A stretch of 64,000 nt of DNA, taken from Thermoanaerobaculia bacterium. Its GTDB lineage: Bacteria > Acidobacteriota > Thermoanaerobaculia > Multivoradales > UBA5704. This document shows, piece by piece, positions 55,999 to 64,000 of this stretch (its first letter is position 1; each line of letters begins with the position of its first letter). The translations under genes were made by a program, and so were the position numbers. Location of the stretch: positions 8,118-72,117 of the forward strand of contig DASUEN010000170.1 of assembly GCA_036275055.1 (NCBI GenBank). The letters run 5' to 3'. The notes beneath the pieces are model-generated. The model was not told the origin of the DNA and did not search any database. It saw only the letters and a list, made by a program, of their open reading frames with translations.

Positions 55999-56077
55999 TG
56001 GTGCCCCTCCTCGGATTCGAACCGAGAACCTCCGGTTTCTGAGACCGGCGCCTCTGCCAAGATTGGGCTAGAAGGGC
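55999..56077 (-). tRNA. tRNA with Leu anticodon CAG but a 5-nt variable loop (class-I shape), CCA encoded
   Basis: Acceptor GCCCTTC/GAGGGGC-A-CCA. D arm GCCCAATCTTGGCAGAGGC. Anticodon arm CCGGT-CTCAGAA-ACCGG (perfect). Variable loop AGGTT. T arm CTCGG-TTCGAAT-CCGAG. Confidence 0.7.
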
Positions 56078-56132
56078 GTGGTTGGTGGGAGTGGAATACG
56101 CTCCCTTTGGCAAAGAACCAAAACGTGAACGA

Positions 56133-56225
56133 TGGCGGAGGGTGAAGGAGTCGAACCCTCGCCGAGGATCACCCGGCGCCCCGGTTTTCGGGACCGGTTG
56201 CCGCACCATCGCAGCGGCACCCTCC
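56133..56225 (-). tRNA. tRNA-Ser-like (anticodon CGA) with Sec/allo-tRNA-like 8/4 architecture, CCA encoded
   Basis: 8-bp acceptor GGAGGGTG/CACCCTCC. 2-nt linker. 6-bp D stem GCTGCG/TGCGGC with 4-nt loop ATGG. Anticodon arm CCGGT-CCCGAAA-ACCGG (C at position 33). 7-bp variable stem. 4-bp T stem AGGG/CCTT. Confidence 0.7.
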
Positions 56226-56252
56226 GGTACTCTCCGGTACTCTCCAGAATGC

Positions 56253-56288
56253 AAAAAGCCCCCGCGGCTCATCACCGGGGGGCTTTTT
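56253..56288 (-). terminator. rho-independent terminator (bidirectional form) downstream of the metallophosphoesterase::TIR gene
   Basis: AAAAAGCCCCC-gcggctcatcacc-GGGGGGCTTTTT. Confidence 0.7.
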
Positions 56289-56457
56289 GGCGTATAAGCT
56301 GATGGCTCTTCAGGTTACACGTCAATCCCCCTGGCGGTGGCCAGCGAAAGGTAGTAACTTGAAGAGAGTCGCAAGCAGCGCATAGCGAAGTCAGTAAACC
56401 ATGTCGAAGCGCGGATGTCAAGAGGGATTTCGATTCTCTTCGCCGGCAGAGGCCGTT

Positions 56458-58332
56458 TCATGTGAGACCTGCCGCCATCCGCCGCCGTAGGGCTTCCCGG
56501 ACAACCTGGAAGTCATCGTCGAGATAGACCTCGAGCTTGCGGGGCATGAGAACGTCCTGAAGGAAGACGAGAATGTCGTCCACGTGATTGGCAAAATCTT
56601 GGACCAGTTTAAACTCCTTCCAGGACTCGGAGCTGGGCTGGAGATTCGGATTGCGGATCAGGACTCCGAGCTTCACCGCTCGCTCGGACCAGTATTCCAG
56701 GTAGGGCGCCCTTTCCTCGAAGCTTCCGGTCTTCACTTCCGGCAGCATGATTGGCACCAGACGCTGGACCAGGTCGTCGGCTTCGCCCTGGCAGCTCTGC
56801 CAGAGCTTGTAGATCTCGTACATGCAGTAGGAAGATCGGAGGTACTTATTGCTGATCACAGCCACGATGTGATCAGCGTGGGTGAGGCGGCGGATGAATG
56901 CCGAGATCTGCTCCCCGGGGAGGATCTGGTCGCGGTCTCGGACGGGGAGGAAGCCGTCCGCGACGAGAGCCGCACAGAGACCCTCGACGGCCTGCGCACG
57001 GATCCTGCCCTCGGGAGTCTCGTCATCTCCCCAGGCATAGGAGATGAAGACCTCTCGGGGCTTCTCGGGGGGCTTCTCGCCCGGGGTGGGGGCAAGGGGG
57101 GTAGTGCCAGGCTCGGAGGTTTTCCCGGTCGCGCGGGTTTCTGCGGGGCGGTGCTCCCGGCCATCGAAGAAAGTGGCGAAGGCTGCGGCGGGGACCGGCT
57201 TCTCGAGGTCGAGCACGCGGCCGTCGCTTCCCGGTGGCAGGTAAAGGGAAAGCTCCTGCCAATACCCACCCGGCTCCATGGGATCAGGAATGAACGCTCC
57301 ATGTCGCAGCTCACCTTTGGCTCTGGCGCGTGGATCGAAGACAAGGCTCCGGGCGCGGATTTCTTTCTCCCTGGTGTCCAGTGCGATGAGACGCACGGAA
57401 AGCGGCTCGTCTTCGGGTAAATTGTCTGGCGTCAGGCTGAGGCTTCCTGCGGAGAGCACCGCCGCGCGACCCTTGATTCTGCTCTGCCAGTCCCAGCTCT
57501 GCTCGTCTTTGGCATGATGGTGGCCATGAAGGATGAGCTGAACGTGCGAGTCCTCGACGATCGCCCGCAGGCGCTCCTGCCCCTCGAAACCCACAATGTC
57601 GCTCTCATACCGCGCGACCAGCTCCGGGTCCAGCCCCTTCTCCTCCATCTCCTTCCGCCACTTTGCAAGGTTCCCGGGCACGGTGACTCCGGGATTGTGG
57701 TGGACAGTCACGATCTTCAGCCATCCGGATCTCTGCGGGGTCAGCCATTCCGTCATCAACGCTTCGGCCTGTTCGCGGCTCAGGAAACCGACGTGATCGG
57801 CCGGGCGGTGCGACTCCTTCTCGCACGAATTCAGTGCAGCCACGGAGAGGTGGAGATCCGGAAAGTCGTACAGGAAGGCTCCCCGGCCCAAGGGGAGGGC
57901 CACCTCGGCGAGGTCCTTCACGCCGTAGAAGCTGAGGAGGAACTCCTCGTAACGATCCAGTTTCACGGCGTCGAGCCGTTTCCGGAGCTCGGCCTCGTCA
58001 AAGCCCTCCTCTTCCTGATCGGCTGCAACCTTCTTGCAGGCGGACCAGGAGACGTCGTGATTGCCGGGCACGAATACGAACCGCCGGCGGTCGAGCCCAA
58101 GCTCTCCTGCCAGAGCGGCGAGGAACAGCTCCCCTTCCTGGAGCTCCGGAGGCTTGCCGGATTCGGACACGTCGCCGGTCACGGCCACCAGATCGATGCG
58201 GGAGCCCTTGGCGAAGCCCCCCCTTGCCGCTTCGAGATCCTTGAAAAAGGCCTTCCCCAGCTTCGTGAGGTCCTCTCCCTGCAAGGGGCTGTGTGCGCCG
58301 AAGTGAAGGTCGGAGAGATGCAGGATGAGCAT
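56458..58332 (-). CDS. calcineurin-like metallophosphoesterase fused to a C-terminal TIR domain
   Basis: MPE motifs LHLSDLHFG, VTGDVSESG, VPGNHDVSW, VHHNP, LHGHHHAKD. TIR: REVFISYAWGDDE..HIVAVISNKYLRSSYCMYEIYKLWQ. Confidence 0.8.
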   Translation of the reverse strand: MLILHLSDLHFGAHSPLQGEDLTKLGKAFFKDLEAARGGFAKGSRIDLVAVTGDVSESGKPPELQEGELFLAALAGELGLDRRRFVFVPGNHDVSWSACKKVAADQEEEGFDEAELRKRLDAVKLDRYEEFLLSFYGVKDLAEVALPLGRGAFLYDFPDLHLSVAALNSCEKESHRPADHVGFLSREQAEALMTEWLTPQRSGWLKIVTVHHNPGVTVPGNLAKWRKEMEEKGLDPELVARYESDIVGFEGQERLRAIVEDSHVQLILHGHHHAKDEQSWDWQSRIKGRAAVLSAGSLSLTPDNLPEDEPLSVRLIALDTREKEIRARSLVFDPRARAKGELRHGAFIPDPMEPGGYWQELSLYLPPGSDGRVLDLEKPVPAAAFATFFDGREHRPAETRATGKTSEPGTTPLAPTPGEKPPEKPREVFISYAWGDDETPEGRIRAQAVEGLCAALVADGFLPVRDRDQILPGEQISAFIRRLTHADHIVAVISNKYLRSSYCMYEIYKLWQSCQGEADDLVQRLVPIMLPEVKTGSFEERAPYLEYWSERAVKLGVLIRNPNLQPSSESWKEFKLVQDFANHVDDILVFLQDVLMPRKLEVYLDDDFQVVREALRRRMAAGLT

Positions 58333-58381
58333 GTGGTACCCCTGAGTCGGTATGTCTTTTCCAGCCCGTTAGGAGATCATT

Positions 58382-59455
58382 CTACCCTGAGAGATTTTCG
58401 ATTTCCTTCGCCGGCCGGGCTCCCAACATTTTCAGGTCGAGCACCGCCGCGGGATCGATCCCCTTCGCCTGGACGAGGACGCGGATCTCCTCGCCCATTC
58501 CTTCCCCATCCAGCAGGGCCATGGCGCCGTGGCGGGTGGCGACGTCGGCGCCCTGGAGCTCCTCGAAGAGGCCGCAGGCGGTGAGCCAGAGGGCCTGGCG
58601 CGTGAGGACCACGGTGGTGAGGCCCGCCGCCTCGCCTTCGCGGATCAGGGTGGTGAAGTCCACGTGGGCCGTCAAGTCCTGCTCCCCCACCTTCACGAAG
58701 GGATTGCGATGGACCCGCTGGCGGGTGTAGCAGGCGAGCGTGCCGTGAAGCCGTACCCGGGGGTCGAAGAGGCGCTCCCTCTCGAAGCCGTAGTCGCAGG
58801 TCACCAGCAGCCCCCGCCCCAGCCGCCGCGCCAGATCGCCGTAGAGAGGTCCCCATCCAGGAGACACGTCTGCGACCTGCCCGGGCTGGAGGGAGACGCC
58901 GTGCAGCAGGCCAAGAAGAGCGGGATCGGACAGCTCTCCCTCCCGCCAGGCGAACGCCCCTTCCTGATCGACGTCCACCCACAGCTCCCCCACCGCCCCG
59001 TCCCCCTTTCCCAGGAAGCGATGGACCGGCAGGGCGTCGAAGAGCTCATAGGAGAAGATCAGCCCCTCGACCTCCCCCTCCCCGATCGCCTCCAGGCTGC
59101 CGATCTGCTCCACCCCGGCCGGCACCTTGCGAGCGATCCGGTCCCAGGCCCGCACCTTCCGCCCCCTATCTACTAAGGAGGAGACCACGTTCGCGAGGTG
59201 CACCCCGGTCCCAAACCCCGCCTCGAACATCTCCGCCGGCTGCCCGAGGGCTTCGTCCAGCCGCCTGAGCAGACGCGCCGTCACCCGTCCGAAGAGAGGC
59301 GAGAGCGAGGCGCCGGTAACGTAGTCCCCGGGCTCGCCGATGGGGACGTCCTCCCGGTTGTAGTAGCCGCCCTCGCCGTAGAGGGCCTCTTCCATGAAGG
59401 CGGCGAAGGGGATGGGGCCTTGGGCGCGGATGCGGGAGTGGAGGCGGGGGAACAT
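58382..59455 (-). CDS. MidA/NDUFAF7-family class-I SAM-dependent methyltransferase (DUF185)
   Basis: ..GPIPFAAFMEEALYGEGGYY.., ..EAGFGTGVH.. Confidence 0.75.
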   Translation of the reverse strand: MFPRLHSRIRAQGPIPFAAFMEEALYGEGGYYNREDVPIGEPGDYVTGASLSPLFGRVTARLLRRLDEALGQPAEMFEAGFGTGVHLANVVSSLVDRGRKVRAWDRIARKVPAGVEQIGSLEAIGEGEVEGLIFSYELFDALPVHRFLGKGDGAVGELWVDVDQEGAFAWREGELSDPALLGLLHGVSLQPGQVADVSPGWGPLYGDLARRLGRGLLVTCDYGFERERLFDPRVRLHGTLACYTRQRVHRNPFVKVGEQDLTAHVDFTTLIREGEAAGLTTVVLTRQALWLTACGLFEELQGADVATRHGAMALLDGEGMGEEIRVLVQAKGIDPAAVLDLKMLGARPAKEIENLSG

Positions 59456-59623
59456 GGGAGGGGAAGCTTAGCCCATGGGCTGGACCCTTCAGACTGACGG
59501 AGGGATGCCGGTGGTTCCTGGGGCGGCGGCTGAGGCAGGACGGACACGGACGGGCATGGACGGCTCTTGAGGCAGAGGGAGCGCCTATGCCCGATCCCCT
59601 CTTCTCCGGTACCATCCCGCCTC

Positions 59624-60670
59624 ATGCACGTCCAGATCCTCCCCACCACCGACCGGCTCCTGCGCCTGGTGGACGCCATGGCCGGGCAGCCCGTGGTGTT
59701 GCTCGCCGATCTGGTGGCGGACGTGTTCATCACCGGAGTCCCCAAGCGGATCAGCCGCGAGGCTCCCGTGCTCATCCTCTCCTATCAGGACGAGCGCCTC
59801 ATCCCTGGCGGCGGGGCCAATGCCGTGGCCAACGTGGCGGCCCTCGGCGGCCGGCCGCTGCCGCTGGGAGTAGTGGGGGACGACCCTCACGGTCAGGGCC
59901 TGCTTCAGGATCTGGAGGGCCGGGGGATTCCCACCGAGGGAATCGCCGTCCGCGCCGGCTATCGCACCCCCACCAAGGTGCGCATCCTGGGCGGCGGTAA
60001 GCACTCGATCAAGCAGCAGATCGTGCGCTACGACGTGGAGGAGACGCTCACCCTCTCGGGGGAGGAGCGCGGGCGGTTTTCCGATCTCCTCGCCCGCTGG
60101 GCCGGGGAGGCGCGGGTGGCGATCCTCTCGGATTACGGTTACGGCGCCGTGGAGCCCGGGATGCTGCCGCAGGTGCGCGCCGCCCTGGGCGAGCGGGCCA
60201 CGATCCTCGCCGACAGCCGCTACCGGCTGGGCGATTTCTCCGGCCTGGACGGGGCCACGCCCAACGAGGAGGAGGCCGAGGCGCTCCTGGGGACGCGGAT
60301 CAACGACGATCCCGAGCGCCTGGAGGAGGCCGGCCGGCGGCTGCGCGAAAGCCTGCGCGCGCGCTTCCTCCTCATCACCCGCGGCAGCCGGGGGATGAGC
60401 CTGTTCCGGCCGGAGCTTTCCGCTCACCTCCCGGTTTCGGGAACGGACCAGGTCGCGGACGTCACCGGCGCGGGCGATACGGTGATCGGCACCTTCGCCC
60501 TCGCCCTGGCCGCCAAGGCGGACCCGCTGGAGGCGGCGCTCCTCGCCAATTATGCCGGCGGCGTGGTGGTGATGAAGACCGGGACGGCCACCTGCTCGCC
60601 CGAGGAGCTGAAGCAGGCCGTGCAGCGAGACCCCCGTCCTCTCGAGGAGCTGCGATGGGGATTGCCCTGA
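59624..60670 (+). CDS. hldA: D-glycero-beta-D-manno-heptose-7-phosphate kinase (RfaE domain I, PfkB family)
   Basis: ..[28 protein letters not shown]...LGG.., ..[11 protein letters not shown]... Confidence 0.75.
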   Translation: MHVQILPTTDRLLRLVDAMAGQPVVLLADLVADVFITGVPKRISREAPVLILSYQDERLIPGGGANAVANVAALGGRPLPLGVVGDDPHGQGLLQDLEGRGIPTEGIAVRAGYRTPTKVRILGGGKHSIKQQIVRYDVEETLTLSGEERGRFSDLLARWAGEARVAILSDYGYGAVEPGMLPQVRAALGERATILADSRYRLGDFSGLDGATPNEEEAEALLGTRINDDPERLEEAGRRLRESLRARFLLITRGSRGMSLFRPELSAHLPVSGTDQVADVTGAGDTVIGTFALALAAKADPLEAALLANYAGGVVVMKTGTATCSPEELKQAVQRDPRPLEELRWGLP

Positions 60671-61131
60671 CCATCCCGGAGCTCAAGGCGCGGGTGGCGG
60701 CCCTTCAGAAGGAGGGGAAGAAGGTCGCCTTCGCCAACGGCCATTTCGACCTCCTGCACGTGGGGCACCTGCGCTACCTTCAGGCGGCGCGGGCCGCGGG
60801 GGACGTCCTGGCGGTGGGGATCAACGACGACGACTCGGTGGCGCGCCTCAAAGGCCCCGGCCGCCCGGTGGTGCCGGCGGCCGAGCGCGCCGAGCTCCTC
60901 GCCGCCTTGGAGCCGGTCGATTTCGTGGTGGTCTTCCCGGGGGACTCCCCCGCTCCCCTCCTCGCGGAGCTGAAGCCGGACGTCCACTGCAAGGGGACGG
61001 ACTACGGCACCCCGGAGCGCGTCCCCGAATACGACGTGGTCCAGGCGTACGGCGGCCGCACGGCCCTGGTGGGCGATCCCAAGGACCATGCCACGAGCGA
61101 CCTGATCGCCAAGGTCAAGGCGCTGCCGTGA
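60655..61131 (+). CDS. hldC: D-glycero-beta-D-manno-heptose-1-phosphate adenylyltransferase (RfaE domain II)
   Basis: ..[23 protein letters not shown].. cytidylyltransferase HxGH motif. 16-nt overlap with the kinase gene. Confidence 0.8.
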   Translation: MGIALTIPELKARVAALQKEGKKVAFANGHFDLLHVGHLRYLQAARAAGDVLAVGINDDDSVARLKGPGRPVVPAAERAELLAALEPVDFVVVFPGDSPAPLLAELKPDVHCKGTDYGTPERVPEYDVVQAYGGRTALVGDPKDHATSDLIAKVKALP

Positions 61132-62144
61132 GGGTGCTGATCGTCCGCACCAGCGCGATGGGCGACGTCGTCCACGCCCTGCCGGTGCTGACGGCTCTGC
61201 GCCGCCACCTCCCTGCGGCGAAGATCGGCTGGGTGGTGGAGGAATCCATGGCCCCCCTCCTCCAGGGGCATCCCGATCTCGACGAGCTGCTGGTGGTGCG
61301 CCTGCGGCACTGGCGGCGGTCGCTGGCCCCGGAGAGCCTGCGCGAGCTGGGCGCCTTCCTCTCCGCGCTCGACCGCTTCGCTCCCGATACGGTTCTCGAC
61401 CTCATGGGCAACCACAAGGCAGGGGCGATCGCCGCGCTCACCCTCGCCGACCGGCGGATCGGCTTCGCCCGCGCATCCCGGCGCGAGCCGTCGAGCGCGA
61501 TCTGGATCAGCCAGCCCGTGATGCCCCGGGGGCTCCATGCCGTGGACCGCATGCTCTCGCTGCTCGATCCCCTCGGCCTGCCCCCCGAGCCCGCGGACTT
61601 CGGCCCGGAGAAGCTCTTCCGGGAGGAGCCGCCGGCGGCGAGGGAGATCGCGACGGAGGAACCGGAGCCGTTCGTCCTCCTCCACCCGGGGGCGGGATGG
61701 GCCAACAAGCGCTATCCGCCGGCCTGGTGGGGGAAGGCGGCCCGGGAGATCCACGCCGTGGCTGGGGTGCCCACCTGGGTGGCGGTGGCTCGCGGCGAGG
61801 AGGAGCTGGCGGCGGGGGTGGAAGTGGCGGGAGGGGGGGCGGTCCGCCTCGTGCCGGCTGCGGATCTCCCCACGCTGGCCGCGCTCCTGCGCCGGGCACG
61901 GCTGGTGCTGGGAGGCGACTCCGGCCCCACCCACCTCGCCCACGCCCTGGGCACGCCGGTGCTCATGGTGATGGGACCCACGGACCCCGAGCGCAGCGGC
62001 CCCTATGGCGCTCCGGATCACGCCCTCTTCCGGCGGCTGCCGTGCAGCTTCTGCTACAAGCGCCTCGAAGAGACCAAGGCCTGCCTGCTGGAGATCCCTC
62101 CCCGCCGGGTGGCGGAGAAGGCGGCGGAGATCCTGGCGGCATAG
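61128..62144 (+). CDS. lipopolysaccharide heptosyltransferase (GT9)
   Basis: [24 protein letters not shown].., ..[17 protein letters not shown].. Confidence 0.85.
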   Translation: MRVLIVRTSAMGDVVHALPVLTALRRHLPAAKIGWVVEESMAPLLQGHPDLDELLVVRLRHWRRSLAPESLRELGAFLSALDRFAPDTVLDLMGNHKAGAIAALTLADRRIGFARASRREPSSAIWISQPVMPRGLHAVDRMLSLLDPLGLPPEPADFGPEKLFREEPPAAREIATEEPEPFVLLHPGAGWANKRYPPAWWGKAAREIHAVAGVPTWVAVARGEEELAAGVEVAGGGAVRLVPAADLPTLAALLRRARLVLGGDSGPTHLAHALGTPVLMVMGPTDPERSGPYGAPDHALFRRLPCSFCYKRLEETKACLLEIPPRRVAEKAAEILAA

Positions 62145-62162
62145 GCGCTATTTTGCCTCAGC

Positions 62163-63464
62163 CTACGCCCGCCGCCGCGCCGGCCGCGGCCGCCGGGGAC
62201 GCTCAGGCAACTCGCCTTCCTGCGGCGGCGTGGTGACGTTGACGGGAGGCCGCGACGCGCGCTCCGGAGCGCCAGAGCCCCCTGACAGCTTCCCCGGCTT
62301 CCCCTTGCGCCACCTGCCGTTGACCCCGAACAGGCTCTCCCACAGCAGGGCGAACGGGCTCGCTACGTAGATCGACGAGTAGGTGCCGACGATGATGCCC
62401 ACCACCAGGACGAACGCGAAGCCCTTCAGCACGTCGCCGCCGAGGATGAACACGGCCAGCACGGTGAGGAAGGTCAGGCCGCCCGTCATGATGGTTCGCG
62501 ACAGCGTCTCGTTGATGCTCTCGTTCATCACCTCGATCAGCGGCTTGCGGCGGCTCTTCCGCATGTTCTCGCGCACGCGGTCGAAGATCACCACCGTGTC
62601 GTTGGTCGAGTAGCCGATCAGGGTGAGGAAGGCGGCGATGGTCGTCAGGTTGAACTCATAGCCCATCAGGGTGAAGAGGCCGAGCGTCACCATCACGTCG
62701 TGGAGCGAGGCCATGATGGCGCCGATGCCGAAGCGCAGCTCGAAACGGAAGCCGATGTAGATCAGCATCGCGGCCAGCGACAGGATCACCGCCCAGAACC
62801 CCTGCTGGCTGAGCTCCTTTCCCACCTGGGGACCGACGTTCTCGGTCGCCAGCACGGCGAAGGTGCCAAGGTAGGTCCCCTTCCGCAGCGCCTCGGCCAC
62901 GGCCGGCGAGACTCCCGGCAGGTGGCCGATGCGGTCCAGGTTGGTGAAGATCCCGTTGCGCGTCCGCTCCTTGAAGATGGCGTCGGCGATCGGGCGGTAG
63001 TGGGCGTTGGCGGCCTCGGGTCCTTGGGCCGCCACGTGGTCCGGGTCCGACTGGATGAGGAACTGCGTGATCGCGTCGCCGCCGATCTCGTTCAGGTCCA
63101 GCCCCTGCGCGCCCTGGTTGAAAACGCCGCTCAGGGCCTTGACGACGCGTTCGCGGCTCCCTTCCTCCGAGCCCTTGGTCACCGCCGTCTTGATGATGAC
63201 CTGGTTGTCCACCTCTTTGCCGAAGCGCTGGATCACCGCCTCGCGCATCCCCTGCTGCTCCAGCACCGTGCGGATGCGGTCCACGTCCGGCTTGGTGCGA
63301 AAACCGAGGGTGAGCTGCGTGCCGCCCGCGAAGTCGATGCCGAGGTTCAGCCTGTGGGGGCCGAAGATGGTGTAGAACCCCACCACCACCAGCACGAAGG
63401 ACACGATGATCCAGAACCGGCGGTACTTCATGAAGTCGATATGAGTGTCGTGCAGGATTTGCAT
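62163..63464 (-). CDS. secF: protein translocase subunit SecF with basic/Pro-rich C-terminal tail
   Basis: ..IDFMKYRRFW..LGIDFAGGT.., ..TNDTVVIFDRVREN.. Confidence 0.9.
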   Translation of the reverse strand: MQILHDTHIDFMKYRRFWIIVSFVLVVVGFYTIFGPHRLNLGIDFAGGTQLTLGFRTKPDVDRIRTVLEQQGMREAVIQRFGKEVDNQVIIKTAVTKGSEEGSRERVVKALSGVFNQGAQGLDLNEIGGDAITQFLIQSDPDHVAAQGPEAANAHYRPIADAIFKERTRNGIFTNLDRIGHLPGVSPAVAEALRKGTYLGTFAVLATENVGPQVGKELSQQGFWAVILSLAAMLIYIGFRFELRFGIGAIMASLHDVMVTLGLFTLMGYEFNLTTIAAFLTLIGYSTNDTVVIFDRVRENMRKSRRKPLIEVMNESINETLSRTIMTGGLTFLTVLAVFILGGDVLKGFAFVLVVGIIVGTYSSIYVASPFALLWESLFGVNGRWRKGKPGKLSGGSGAPERASRPPVNVTTPPQEGELPERPRRPRPARRRA

Positions 63465-63496
63465 GGCTTGCTCCTAATGTCGCGCCGGCGGCGCCC

Positions 63497-64000
63497 TCAG
63501 ATCGACAGCCTCTGGACCCGGCGTCGCGACAGCACGAGGTCGAAGAGCCAGCGGCTCACGAAAACCGCGGTGAACAGGGAGGCGAGGAGACCGATGAACA
63601 GGGTGATCGCGAACCCCTTGATCGGACCCGTGCCGAACTGGAAGAGGAGCAGGGCCGAGACCATGGTGGTGACGTGGGTGTCGATGATCGACGAGAAGGC
63701 GCGGTCGAAGCCCTGATCGATCGACGAGCGCACCGTGCGGCCGGCGCGCATCTCTTCCCGGATACGTTCGAAGACCAGCACGTTGGCGTCCACCGCCATG
63801 CCGATGGTCAGGATGATGCCGAAGATGCCGGGCAGGGTCAGCGTCGAATGGAACAGCCCCATGCCGCCGAAGAGGATGAGGATGTTGAGCACCAGCGCCG
63901 CCACCGCGTTGACGCCCGAGAGCTTGTAGTACACCAGCATGGTGAGGATCACCAGCAGCGTGCCCAGGATGCCGGCGCGCAAGCCGTCGCGGATCGAGTC
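63497..64000 (-). CDS. secD: protein translocase subunit SecD, C-terminal part (5' end outside window)
   Basis: ..GIILTIGMAVDANVLVFERIREE..; frame open to the window end. Confidence 0.9.
   Translation of the reverse strand, partial: DSIRDGLRAGILGTLLVILTMLVYYKLSGVNAVAALVLNILILFGGMGLFHSTLTLPGIFGIILTIGMAVDANVLVFERIREEMRAGRTVRSSIDQGFDRAFSSIIDTHVTTMVSALLLFQFGTGPIKGFAITLFIGLLASLFTAVFVSRWLFDLVLSRRRVQRLSI

Noticed and set aside
55919-56077. Reading the two middle tRNAs on the + strand, where the loops would give Gln anticodons UUG and CUG.
   Set aside because: On the + strand the would-be T loop reads ATTCGAA in the D-arm position, there is no GG D-loop and no 3' CCA. On the minus strand there is a canonical TTCGAAT T loop, a GG-containing D loop and an encoded CCA.
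51703-58400. Integrase- or transposase-bearing genomic island at the tRNA cluster.
   Set aside because: I found no integrase, recombinase or transposase ORF anywhere in the window. The patch is accessory by composition and content, but no mobility gene can be pointed to.

Overview
This is a GC-rich (about 65-70% by eye) bacterial chromosomal window. The gene content (DUF1800/DUF1501 pair, GT87, REP-like palindromes, Pro/Ala-rich low-complexity proteins) suggests an Acidobacteriota-like organism, but that taxon call is inference only.

Conserved backbone:
- NitT/TauT-type ABC importer.
- DinB, peroxiredoxin, S1/P1 nuclease, cupin, S41- and M1-type peptidases.
- A response-regulator::LpxC fusion.
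- BlaI/BlaR1-like and ArsR/SRPBCC pairs.
- GT87, DUF1501/DUF1800, an MsbA-like ABC exporter, and a GT2 plus dual-methyltransferase pair.
- An 11-gene nuoABCDHIJKLMN operon in which nuoEFG are absent and nuoD and nuoH overlap by 1 nt.
- MidA-type methyltransferase, ADP-heptose genes with a GT9 heptosyltransferase, and secDF.

Three visibly lower-GC accessory patches interrupt the backbone:
1. 23.4-30.1 kb: an orphan antitoxin beside a degenerate duplicate of the ABC-exporter 3' end, a roughly 1250-aa patatin-like/polytopic-membrane/TIR gene split by a homopolymer frameshift, an iteron-plus-palindrome array, a Cys-rich secreted peptide, and Doc/AbrB.
2. 39.6-41.1 kb: an overlapping RHH-MazF-(TIR+TM) operon.
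3. 52.3-58.4 kb: a MITE-like element, a TIR-X gene with a 160-aa partner, a truncated duplicate of a metallophosphoesterase gene, toxin-antitoxin remnants, REP-like palindromes, a 42-bp tandem repeat, a four-tRNA cluster, and a metallophosphoesterase::TIR fusion.

Main candidates for something undescribed:
- Four TIR-domain genes, each in a different architecture, none matching a classic system I recognise.
- A tRNA cluster with one 8/4 (Sec/allo-tRNA-like) tRNA and two class-I-shaped tRNAs carrying Leu anticodons.

All domain calls come from reading motifs in the translations. No database search or folding program was run.
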